Made by a program: the position numbers and the translations under genes | Shown here: positions 56,165 to 64,000 of the stretch, one piece after another | Position numbering within the stretch: position 1 is the first letter of the stretch | Layout: every line of letters starts with the position of its first letter | Notes under the pieces: generated by a model | Told to the model about the DNA's origin: nothing | The model's input: only the letters and a program-made list of their open reading frames with translations | Databases searched by the model: none | Source: Pseudomonadota bacterium | GTDB taxonomy: Bacteria; Pseudomonadota; Gammaproteobacteria; JAKAQQ01 | NCBI GenBank assembly: GCA_021828045.1 | Contig: JAKATI010000001.1 | Span: 6,209-70,208 of the forward strand | Direction: 5' to 3' | Length of the DNA stretch: 64,000 nt

Positions 56165-57233
56165 TGTCCGGAAGATCGGCTCGGTGGTCCGCCGTCTCCA
56201 GATCGGGAGCCCCGTGACCGTCCGTGACGAAGTGGACGCACGGGCCGGAAGCGTGGTCGCGGCGCGAATCCTGACCGACAAGGAAGCCTACAATACGCTG
56301 GAGGATGCCCATGGCCGCATGGTGCGGCTCCACCGCGGCGATCTTCTGGTCGGGGCGCTCGGAGTGCGGAGCGCGCTCCATGGCTATGCGGGAGAAGTGC
56401 CCAAGGCGGTGGGTGCCGGCAGCCGTCTCGCCCTGCTGAATCTGGGTGGCATCATGGGCGAATGCCGCTCCTGGCACCCGAGTGTCGGCCCCCCCTTCGA
56501 GGTCGAGATCCTGGGGCAGGTCATGTTGTTTCCCCATTTTGGCCATCGGGCCGGAGTTCCGGCGGACCTCACGCTCCGGGCATTTACTGCCGAAGGCGAC
56601 TATCCAAAGGCCCCGGTGATCTACATTGTCGGCAGCTCCATGGATTCGGGCAAGACCACCTTTGCCTGTGCCCTGATCCGGACCCTGGCCAGCCAGGGAC
56701 TCCGCGTCTCCGGTGTCAAGACCACGGGTGTTTCCCTCTTGCGCGATACACTGGCCATGCAGGATCACGGTGCCGGTTGGACCTCTGATTTCACGGATGC
56801 CGGATTTGCCTCGACGCGGTCCGGTACGTCCGTCTCGGCTGCCCGCCGGATTTTTCACGAGTCGGCTCACCAGACCCAGGACGTCATCGTGGTGGAAACC
56901 GGGGATGGCCTGCTCGGTGAATATGGAGTCCGGGAGATTCTCGATGATCCCACCTTGCGGTCGCTGGGTGCGGCCACGGTATTTTGTGCCCAGGATCCGG
57001 TGGGTGCCTGGGGCGGGGTCCGCCTGCTTGCGGAACGGTGGGGGATCCGGGTCGCGCTCGTCTCCGGGCCGGTCACCGACAACGAGGTCGGACGGGCTTT
57101 CATCCGGATGCATCTCGGTTGCCCCGCCGTCAATGCCTTCGAGGATCCAGCCCGGGTCCTTGAAGTCGTGCGCTCGACCCTCCCGGCATTGTTCAAAGAA
57201 CGCCCCGCGCTTTCAGGAGCGCCCCGTGGCTGA
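56151..57233 (+). CDS. Uncharacterised ~360-aa protein with central P-loop (GSSMDSGKTT); possibly DUF1611-type (from memory, unverified), embedded in the arg operon
   Basis: It starts with TTG after a GAGG SD, beginning MRTFDVRKIGSVV. It overlaps the argG stop by 14 nt, and its own stop overlaps the argC start by 8 nt. The Walker-A-like GxxxxGKTT sits near residue 205. It shows no similarity to known arg enzymes. Confidence 0.55.
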   Translation: MRTFDVRKIGSVVRRLQIGSPVTVRDEVDARAGSVVAARILTDKEAYNTLEDAHGRMVRLHRGDLLVGALGVRSALHGYAGEVPKAVGAGSRLALLNLGGIMGECRSWHPSVGPPFEVEILGQVMLFPHFGHRAGVPADLTLRAFTAEGDYPKAPVIYIVGSSMDSGKTTFACALIRTLASQGLRVSGVKTTGVSLLRDTLAMQDHGAGWTSDFTDAGFASTRSGTSVSAARRIFHESAHQTQDVIVVETGDGLLGEYGVREILDDPTLRSLGAATVFCAQDPVGAWGGVRLLAERWGIRVALVSGPVTDNEVGRAFIRMHLGCPAVNAFEDPARVLEVVRSTLPALFKERPALSGAPRG

Positions 57234-58236
57234 TCCCGTGGTGATTCTCGGGGGGAGCAGCTTCGGTGCCGGGGAGCTGGCCCGACTGCTTACGGCCCAT
57301 GACGGGGTGGAACGTCCCATCCTGGTTTCCCGCTCGCATGCCGGATCCCCTGTGACCTCCGTGCACCCCCACCTGGAAAGCGCCTATCCGGACGACCGGT
57401 TCGTCTCCCAGGTCGATTGGTCCGGCCTCCGGGGGGTCTCGCGGATCATCGTCTTTTCGGCCATGCGCGCGGGTGAACTCGCCGGAATGCTGGGTTCGCT
57501 CGAGACTCAGTGGATCGGGGCGGGCGTGGACGATCGGATCCTATTGATTGACCTGTCCGCGGATTTCCGGCTGGAGGAAGGACGGGGATTTGTCTACGGC
57601 TTGAGCGAATGGATGCGCGGGCCTCTTGCGGGTGCCACCCGGATTGCCAATCCGGGCTGCTTCGCCACGGCCTTGGCCCTGGGTCTGGTTCCCCTGGCCC
57701 GGGAGTTGCACCCCCGGGATGTCTCCGCGGTTGCCCTGACCGGTTCCACGGGAGCCGGAGTGACTCCCGGCATTCGTACCCACCATCCACTGCGTGCACA
57801 CAACTGCGTGCCCTACCATCCCTTCGAGCATCGCCACATCGGCGAGGTGAACCGGCTGCTTGCCCGGCAGGCCTGCACGCTTGACTGGAGCTTCATTCCC
57901 TATGCCGCACCCTGGGTCCGTGGCATTTCGCTCACGATCGAGGCGCGCTTCGATGAAGCCCCGGATCAAAACCGGCTGGCTACCATCTTCCGGACGAGCT
58001 ATGCCGGGAGCCCTTTCGTCCGATGGACAGAGACCCTGCCGGAACTCACCTGGATCGTGGGCAGCAACCGCTGTCTGATCGGCGGATGCTGCCAGGGGCG
58101 ACGGGCAGCCCTTTTCGTGGTGCTCGACAATCTCGTCAAGGGGATGGCCGGGCAGGCGATCCAGAATCTGAACCTGGCATCCGGCTGGCCGGAGGACCGT
58201 GGGCTGGGACAATGGGTCGGGCCGTATCCAGTCTAG
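57226..58236 (+). CDS. argC: N-acetyl-gamma-glutamyl-phosphate reductase
   Basis: It has the NAD-binding ILGGSSFGAGEL and the catalytic-Cys motif ANPGCFATA. The GTG start follows a CAGGAG SD. Confidence 0.9.
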   Translation: MADPVVILGGSSFGAGELARLLTAHDGVERPILVSRSHAGSPVTSVHPHLESAYPDDRFVSQVDWSGLRGVSRIIVFSAMRAGELAGMLGSLETQWIGAGVDDRILLIDLSADFRLEEGRGFVYGLSEWMRGPLAGATRIANPGCFATALALGLVPLARELHPRDVSAVALTGSTGAGVTPGIRTHHPLRAHNCVPYHPFEHRHIGEVNRLLARQACTLDWSFIPYAAPWVRGISLTIEARFDEAPDQNRLATIFRTSYAGSPFVRWTETLPELTWIVGSNRCLIGGCCQGRRAALFVVLDNLVKGMAGQAIQNLNLASGWPEDRGLGQWVGPYPV

Positions 58237-58370
58237 TTTGGCGAGATCCCAGTAGAACCTATCCCGAAATCGTTTGAACGTGGCGATGCATTGGTAAAAT
58301 CTGTGCCTGCTGCGCTTGAGCGACGAGCAGCGGGATCTGGTCCGGGGGCCTTTTTCGGAAGGAGTGGTGG

Positions 58371-59039
58371 ATGGCACGCGTACTGATGCTTGCGTTCGAG
58401 GGGATGCAGCCACTGGATTTTATCGCACCCTACGATCTATTCCACAGCGCAGGCGTGGAAACCCTTGTTGTGTCCGAAAATGCGAAGACACAGGTGGACA
58501 AGAGGCTCGGCATCGCTGCTGATGCGAGCTTATCGGATGCCCCGGAAGCGGACGCCATCCTGGTACCGGGCGGTCACGGGATTGGTTCCTGCTTGGCGCA
58601 CGATGCAACTCTTGAGTTCCTCGCGCATTGCAAAGTGCAATGGTACACGTCGATCTGCACAGGATCATTGCTTCTTGCCGCAGCGGGGCTTTTACGCGGC
58701 TATCGGGCCACTTCACACTGGCGGTATGTCGATCTGCTTGCACTGGCAGGTGCGACGCCCGTCAAAGGGAAGCGCATCGTGATCGATCGCAACCGCATGA
58801 CAGGTGGCGGGGTCACGGCAGGCATTGACTTCGGTCTGCATCTTGTTGCACATCTATGCGGCGAAGATCAAGCACGCCTGGCGCAGCTTGCACTCGAGTA
58901 TGCACCAGTTCCCCCCTACGCCGGATCTCCCGAAGAAGCACTGTCGGAAACGACGCACGCGTACCGGGAGCGCTCGGCGGTACGGTACGCCGAGCTCGAA
59001 CACGCGCTGGACGAGGCGCTCCTCAGGTTCCGAGGGTGA
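58371..59039 (+). CDS. DJ-1/PfpI (class I glutamine amidotransferase-like) family protein
   Basis: It has a nucleophile elbow with Cys (SICTGSLLLAAAG). GGAAGGAG precedes the ATG. Codon usage and GC (about 58%) differ from neighbouring genes. Confidence 0.8.
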   Translation: MARVLMLAFEGMQPLDFIAPYDLFHSAGVETLVVSENAKTQVDKRLGIAADASLSDAPEADAILVPGGHGIGSCLAHDATLEFLAHCKVQWYTSICTGSLLLAAAGLLRGYRATSHWRYVDLLALAGATPVKGKRIVIDRNRMTGGGVTAGIDFGLHLVAHLCGEDQARLAQLALEYAPVPPYAGSPEEALSETTHAYRERSAVRYAELEHALDEALLRFRG

Positions 59040-59347
59040 CGTCGTTTTTCCTGGCGAGACCGCTCCGATCCAATCGGGTCGGCTGACTCGCCATCAGATG
59101 GTGGAAGATGGTCAGTGAGATCAGACCCTGCCGCGAGTGCTGCGTACGGGAGCTTGAACCCTGAACTCCGGCACCACCACTGGGTCGGGAACATGAGCTG
59201 GCATGGCTCGGAGATCCTCAGGCGAACCCCCCGGTCGGATCATGATCCCCAATCAAACCGGACCACTCCAATCGAGCCCAGCCCTTGGAAGTCGCGGACG
59301 ATCGGCCTATACTTTCACCTGTTTCCCGGTTTCGATGGAGTTACCCG

Positions 59348-60892
59348 ATGATGAAGCGGCTCCTCTTTCTCGGCCTGTCCTGTGCATGGCTTGCGCCCCT
59401 CGCATGGGCGCGCCCTCCTGCGATTTCCCCGATTCACGGTCGGGCAGTCTCGACCCATCACAGTGTGGTCGTGGCCGGTCAACGCTACCGGTACACCGCG
59501 ACCGCGGGAACCCTGATCCTGCACAATGCCAAGGGCCAGCCCACGGCCCGCATGTTCTACATTGCCTATACCCTGGACGGAGTCCACGATGAATCCCGGC
59601 GACCGATCACTTTCGCATACAACGGGGGACCGGGGTTTGCCTCCGCACTGGTCGATTTCGGCGGTTTCGGCCCGCGCCGGATCATCTGGCCCAAACCCGG
59701 TCCCGGCTCTGCCCGTTCCATGGCCCCACCCTATCGCATCGTGCCCAATGCAGACACCATTCTCCCGGCCACCGATCTCGTGTTTATCGATGCCGTGGGA
59801 ACCGGTTACAGCCGGATCATCGGTGCGGGGAAACCACAGGATTTCTACGGGGTCAATGCCGATGCCCGCACCTTTACCCGCTTCATCCAGCAGTACCTGA
59901 ACCAAACCGGTCGCTGGAACTCCCCCAAATTCCTTCTGGGGGAAAGTTACGGAACCACCCGTTCGGCGGTTCTGGGCCAATCCCTGGTTTCGGATGGCAT
60001 CTATCTCAACGGCATCATCCTCTGCTCGACGGTGCTGGATTTTCCGACCATCAATTTTGCGCCGGGAAACGACCTGCCCTACGTGCTGTATTTCCCCTCC
60101 TATGCGGCGGTGGCCTGGTATCACCACCGCATCCATCCCCGGCCCGCGAATCTCGCCACCTGGGTCCGTCAGGCGGAGCATTTCGCCGCTGGGCCCTATA
60201 GCCATGCCCTTTTCGCGGGTGCCCGTCTCCCGGTGGCGGCGCGACAGCGGATCGCCGCCGAGTTGTCCCATTTCACCGGCATTCCGGCCTCCTTCTGGCT
60301 CAAAGCGGATCTCCGCATCCCCCTGCCGGTCTTCATGCGCCGCGTGATGGGTTCGCGCGATGCCATGACCGGACGCTACGATGCCCGTTTCACCATCCCG
60401 GAACTACAGCCGCTCCTTCCAGTCGGCGGCAACAGCGATCTGGGTGCAACCACGGCCAACATCTGGGGGGCACTCAGTGCCACCTTCGAAAACTACGTCA
60501 CCCGCCATCTCGGCTTCCATACCCATGAGATCTACAAGCAGGACAGTGGCCTGGTTTTCCGGGACTGGAACTGGAAGTATTTCCCTCCGCTCCATGAACT
60601 GGATGAGGACGTGGGAACGATGGGTTACCTGAACGTGGCTCCGGCTCTGGCCCGTGCCATGGTCAATGATCCCTCGCTCCAGGTGATGGCCAACAACGGC
60701 TACTTCGATCTGGCAACCCCGTTTTTTGCCACCCACTACACGCTGATGCACATGGGGCTCCCGCGCGCGTTTCTTTCCCATCTCCATTTCGAATACTACC
60801 CGACGGGGCACATGCTGTATCTCAACCCCCAGGCATTGCCGCAGATCGCGGCCCGGATGGAGCATTTCATCGTCCAGGCGGATGCGCATTGA
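59348..60892 (+). CDS. Secreted peptidase S10 (serine carboxypeptidase)-like protein, 514 aa
   Basis: It has a signal peptide MMKRLLFLGLSCAWLAPLAWA. It has a GESYG nucleophile motif (LLGESYGTTRSAV) and a C-terminal His region (EYYPTGHMLY) that resembles the S10 catalytic His context. Confidence 0.7.
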   Translation: MMKRLLFLGLSCAWLAPLAWARPPAISPIHGRAVSTHHSVVVAGQRYRYTATAGTLILHNAKGQPTARMFYIAYTLDGVHDESRRPITFAYNGGPGFASALVDFGGFGPRRIIWPKPGPGSARSMAPPYRIVPNADTILPATDLVFIDAVGTGYSRIIGAGKPQDFYGVNADARTFTRFIQQYLNQTGRWNSPKFLLGESYGTTRSAVLGQSLVSDGIYLNGIILCSTVLDFPTINFAPGNDLPYVLYFPSYAAVAWYHHRIHPRPANLATWVRQAEHFAAGPYSHALFAGARLPVAARQRIAAELSHFTGIPASFWLKADLRIPLPVFMRRVMGSRDAMTGRYDARFTIPELQPLLPVGGNSDLGATTANIWGALSATFENYVTRHLGFHTHEIYKQDSGLVFRDWNWKYFPPLHELDEDVGTMGYLNVAPALARAMVNDPSLQVMANNGYFDLATPFFATHYTLMHMGLPRAFLSHLHFEYYPTGHMLYLNPQALPQIAARMEHFIVQADAH

Positions 60893-60996
60893 GCCATGGC
60901 CGGGACTTGATCGAGAGGGTCCGGATCCCCATCTTGGACTCAGGCCGGGGGTGCGTCCCGGCGATGCCGGGTGACCCGGAGGGGGGGTGATCTGCC

Positions 60997-61362
60997 ATGC
61001 CGATCTATGAATACCGATGTGAGAATTGTGGGCGGACCACCGAGTCGCTCCAGAAAGTGAGTGACCCGCCGCTTGAGGAATGTCCCCACTGCCACAGGCC
61101 GGCGCTCAGGCGGCTCGTGTCGGCCACAGTCTTCCGGCTCAAGGGAAAAGGCTGGTACGAGACGGACTTCAAATCCGGTGACCGGCGCCATGTGTATGAG
61201 TCGACGGAAGGGGGGAAAGCCCCGGATCCCCCTGCAACGCCCGCTCCCGCGGCAGGCGAGGGGACCGCTCCCGCCAAGAAGGAACCGGTCCCCGCCGCGA
61301 AGACTGCGCAGGGTACTGCCCCGACCCCTGCTCCGGCCCCGGCGCAGCCCCCTCATTCCTGA
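60997..61362 (+). CDS. FmdB-family zinc-ribbon protein with Pro/Ala-rich C-terminal tail
   Basis: It reads MPIYEYRCENCG...CPHC (CxxC...CxxC), in the usual position upstream of aspS. Confidence 0.8.
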   Translation: MPIYEYRCENCGRTTESLQKVSDPPLEECPHCHRPALRRLVSATVFRLKGKGWYETDFKSGDRRHVYESTEGGKAPDPPATPAPAAGEGTAPAKKEPVPAAKTAQGTAPTPAPAPAQPPHS

Positions 61363-61483
61363 ACCGGTAGGGAGTGCCTCTCGTGGTCCGGCCGATGCCG
61401 GGAAGGGGGAGCCTCCACGGTTGAGTGGAGGCGGCCCAGCAGCTAAAATCGCCCATCCACCACCCAGGCTCCCCGGTTTTCCC

Positions 61484-63258
61484 ATGCGCGACCATTCCTG
61501 CGGCCTGATCCCGGAGGCGGCTTCCGGCCATGAAATCTGGCTGGCCGGTTGGGTCCATCACCGGCGGGATCATGGTGGTGTCCTTTTTGTGGATCTCCGG
61601 GATGCGACAGGCCTGGTCCAGCTGGTTTTCTCACCAGAAGACCAGGCTCTCTTCTCAAATGCCGAGCGCCTACGCGCAGAATATGTGATCCGGATCCGGG
61701 GACAGGTTACATCCCGTCCCCCGGGAACCGAAAACCCGGAACTGGCCACCGGCAGAATCGAGATCCGGGTGCGCGAGCTCGAAATCCTGAACCCGGCAGA
61801 ACCCTTGCCTTTTCCCCTGGATGAGACCGACACGAGCGAGGAGATCCGCCTTCGGTACCGGTACCTGGACCTGCGCCGGCCGGAGCTCCAGGGCCGCCTC
61901 AGGATGCGGGCGCGGATTGCACGGGAACTGAGGAACTGGCTGGATCAAGCCGGTTTCCTCGAGGTCGAGACCCCGGTTCTCACCCGCGCGACTCCAGAGG
62001 GGGCCCGTGATTATCTGGTTCCCAGCCGGACCCAGCCGGGACACTTTTTTGCCCTGCCCCAGTCACCCCAGCTGTTCAAGCAGATCCTCATGATCGGTGG
62101 GCTGGATCGGTACTACCAGATCGTCCGGTGCTTCCGGGACGAGGATCTCCGGGCCGACCGGCAACCCGAGTTTACCCAGCTCGATATCGAAACTTCCTTC
62201 CTCGACGAGGCCTCCATCCGGAACCTCATGGAAGAGATGGTCCGCAATCTGTTCCAGGCGGTGCTCGGAGTGGGGCTCCCGGACCCTTTTCCCCACCTCA
62301 CCCATGCCGAAGCACTCCGGCGTTACGGTTCCGACAAGCCGGACTTGCGCAACCCTCTGGAACTCACTGAACTTACGGATCTGGCGAGGGATCTGGACTT
62401 TAGGGTGTTCCGGGAACCGGCCCGGACTCCGGGAGGACGGGTGGCCGTCCTGCGCCTGCCGGACGGGGAGCGGGTCACCCGCAGCCAGATCGACCTGCTG
62501 ACCGAGTTTGTGAAGGCCCGGGGGGCCTCCGGTCTGGCCTGGATCCGTGTCCTCGATCCCGACTCTGGTGCAGGCGGCCTGAACTCACCGATCGTGAAGT
62601 TCCTGAGTCCCGATTTCATCGACGGTCTGAGGACACGGACGGGCATGCGGGCTGGCGACCTCCTGTTTTTCGGAGCTGGTGACCAGGCCATGGTCAACGA
62701 GACCCTGTCCCTGCTGAGGATCCGGCTCGGCCAGGATCTGGGCCTCCTCCGTCCGGGATATGAAGTGCTCTGGGTGACCGACTTTCCGATGTTTGAGTGG
62801 GATCTGGAAGAAAAGCGCTGGCAAGCCCTCCACCATCCATTCACGGCCCGCGTCAAGCCGATCGCCCCCGGCTGGCCACCGATCCCGGCAGCGTGCTGTC
62901 CCGTGCCTATGATCTTGTGCTCAACGGTTACGAGGTGGGGGGGGGATCAATCCGGATCCATGAGCCGGAACTCCAGCGGCAGGTCCTGGACCTTCTCGGG
63001 ATGAGCCGGGAGGAGATGCAGGAGAAGTTCGGGTTCCTGCTCAATGCCTTGGGATGGGGCGCCCCGCCGCACGGCGGCATGGCATTTGGCCTGGACCGGC
63101 TGGTCATGCTCATGACTGGTGCCGCCAACATCCGGGAAGTGATTGCCTTCCCCAAGACGCAGTCGGCAACCGATCCCCTGACTGGCGCGCCCGGTACCGT
63201 GACCGAGCTCCAGCTTCGCGAACTGGGGATTGCCCTGCGCAAGCCGGCACGTCCGTGA
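61484..63258 (+). CDS. aspS: Aspartyl-tRNA synthetase, interrupted by a -1 frameshift at 62865-62869 (C5 run) as given
   Basis: The N-terminal 1-462 codons are in the frame of ORF 61061..63004 ([11 protein letters not shown]...ALHHPFTA). The C-terminal conserved part ([29 protein letters not shown]...[24 protein letters not shown]) is in the frame of ORF 62797..63258. Adding one C in the run gives an uninterrupted ~590-aa AspS with correct spacing between HHPFT and AYDLV. Confidence 0.85.
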
Positions 63259-63327
63259 GAGGGGGAAACCGATCTCGGGTAAAATAAGCCTTCGCCCGAC
63301 AATATCCCGGCCCCGACCCGGACGCTG

Positions 63328-63891
63328 ATGCCGACCACCCAGTTGGATCCCCTCGCAATCGGAACTCCCTTGCCGTCTTTCCGGCTGGCGGATCCTGTGC
63401 GGGGGACGGAGTACGCGACCACGGACCTGGCCCCGGGACAGGGCCTGCTGGTCATGGTGATTTGCAACCATTGTCCCTATGTTGTCCATCTCCGTGCCCA
63501 TCTTGCCCCTTTTGCGGCCCGGTATGCGGCTCGTGGCATCCCGTCCCTCGCGGTAAGCGCCAACGATCCCGAAGCCTATCCCGAAGATGCCCCGCAGCGA
63601 CTCGCTGCCGTGGCCCGGGAGCAGGGGTTTGGATTCCCCTACCTTTATGACGAGAGCCAGTCGTTTGTCCGCTCGCTCCATGCCGCCTGTACCCCCGAGT
63701 TCTACCTGTTTGACGGGACCCGGCGTCTTTATTACCGGGGCCGGTTCGACGGGTCGACACCCGGGAACGGCAGGCCCGTCACGGGTGAGGACCTCGCGGG
63801 GGCGATCGAGTCGCTGCTCCGGGGTGATCCGCCACCCGCCCACCAGCAACCGGCGATCGGTTGCAGCATCAAGTGGCGGACGGAGCACTGA
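63328..63891 (+). CDS. Thioredoxin-fold redoxin family protein (AhpC/TSA-like; CxxC = CNHC)
   Basis: It has MVICNHCPYV in a thioredoxin-like fold and is 187 aa. Confidence 0.7.
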   Translation: MPTTQLDPLAIGTPLPSFRLADPVRGTEYATTDLAPGQGLLVMVICNHCPYVVHLRAHLAPFAARYAARGIPSLAVSANDPEAYPEDAPQRLAAVAREQGFGFPYLYDESQSFVRSLHAACTPEFYLFDGTRRLYYRGRFDGSTPGNGRPVTGEDLAGAIESLLRGDPPPAHQQPAIGCSIKWRTEH

Positions 63892-63930
63892 GTCCATGAA
63901 CCGGGTTCTCCTTCCCAGCGTCCGGATCTG

Positions 63931-64000
63931 ATGAACCGTTCCATGAAACCCACCGTTCCCCGTTCCCTGTACCGGGTCTCGTTCCTCAACCAGGGAAAGA
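63931..64000 (+). CDS. Possible 5' end of a gene running off the window (MNRSMKPTVPRSLYRVSFLNQGK...)
   Basis: It is an open frame from the ATG at 63931 to the window end, with too little sequence to classify. Confidence 0.2.
   Translation, partial: MNRSMKPTVPRSLYRVSFLNQGK

Noticed and set aside
59100-59200. tRNA-like 3' fragment (GGGAGCTTGAACCC ... GGCACCACCA) in the non-coding stretch after the DJ-1 gene; possible island att site
   Set aside because: I could not fold it into a T-arm with a 7-nt TTCRANY loop plus a 7-bp acceptor strand on either strand. No integrase or direct repeat is nearby. It is probably a chance resemblance.
1-64000. CRISPR arrays, IS elements, integrases, toxin-antitoxin pairs or defence islands
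   Set aside because: I scanned all intergenic regions of 75 bp or more and all non-housekeeping ORFs. I saw no repeat-spacer arrays, no transposase/integrase/recombinase-like translations, and no restriction-modification or abortive-infection-like domains.

Overview
This 64 kb window is a densely packed chromosomal core region of a high-GC (about 65%) proteobacterium, probably a gammaproteobacterium. I found no transposases, integrases, CRISPR arrays or defence modules, and no obvious genomic island. Every long antisense ORF in the supplied track is explained by a conserved gene on the opposite strand. In order, the window contains: (1) two tandem type IVa major-pilin genes on the minus strand, each preceded by a sigma-54 -24/-12 promoter, with TTGTC-containing direct and inverted repeats between them that look like PilR enhancer sites. 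A PilS/PilR two-component pair is encoded about 39 kb downstream at 39991..42986. (2) A bifunctional ATP sulfurylase/APS kinase and miaB. (3) A run of translationally coupled housekeeping genes: ybeZ-ybeY-corC-lnt, then leuS-lptE-holA-nadD-rsfS. (4) An AsmA-like yhdP gene, a small secreted protein and a C-N hydrolase. (5) A large NAD-glutamate dehydrogenase, a JAB-only RadC-like protein and a 1423-aa multi-GAF GGDEF-EAL protein whose catalytic motifs look degenerate. (6) A 2-oxo acid dehydrogenase E1alpha/E1beta/E2 operon that diverges from an aromatic amino-acid catabolic cluster (kynA-hppD-hmgA-fah-maiA) ending in a divergent FadE-like membrane protein. (7) sucCD, nadE, bamD, rluD and yfiH. 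(8) An ArgR-controlled arginine operon of the acyl-ornithine transcarbamylase type (argD-argF'-argB-argH-argG-unknown-argC). It lies behind an unusually AT-rich operator/promoter island with TGAAT half-boxes. An uncharacterised 360-aa P-loop (GKTT) protein is embedded between argG and argC. (9) A compositionally atypical DJ-1/PfpI gene, a secreted S10-type serine carboxypeptidase homologue, fmdB-aspS and a redoxin. aspS carries a -1 frameshift at a C5 homopolymer. The items I consider most worth follow-up are the unknown P-loop gene inside the arg operon, the FadE-like protein coupled to the homogentisate operon, the sigma-54/PilR-type control of the tandem pilins, and the S10 peptidase/DJ-1 patch.
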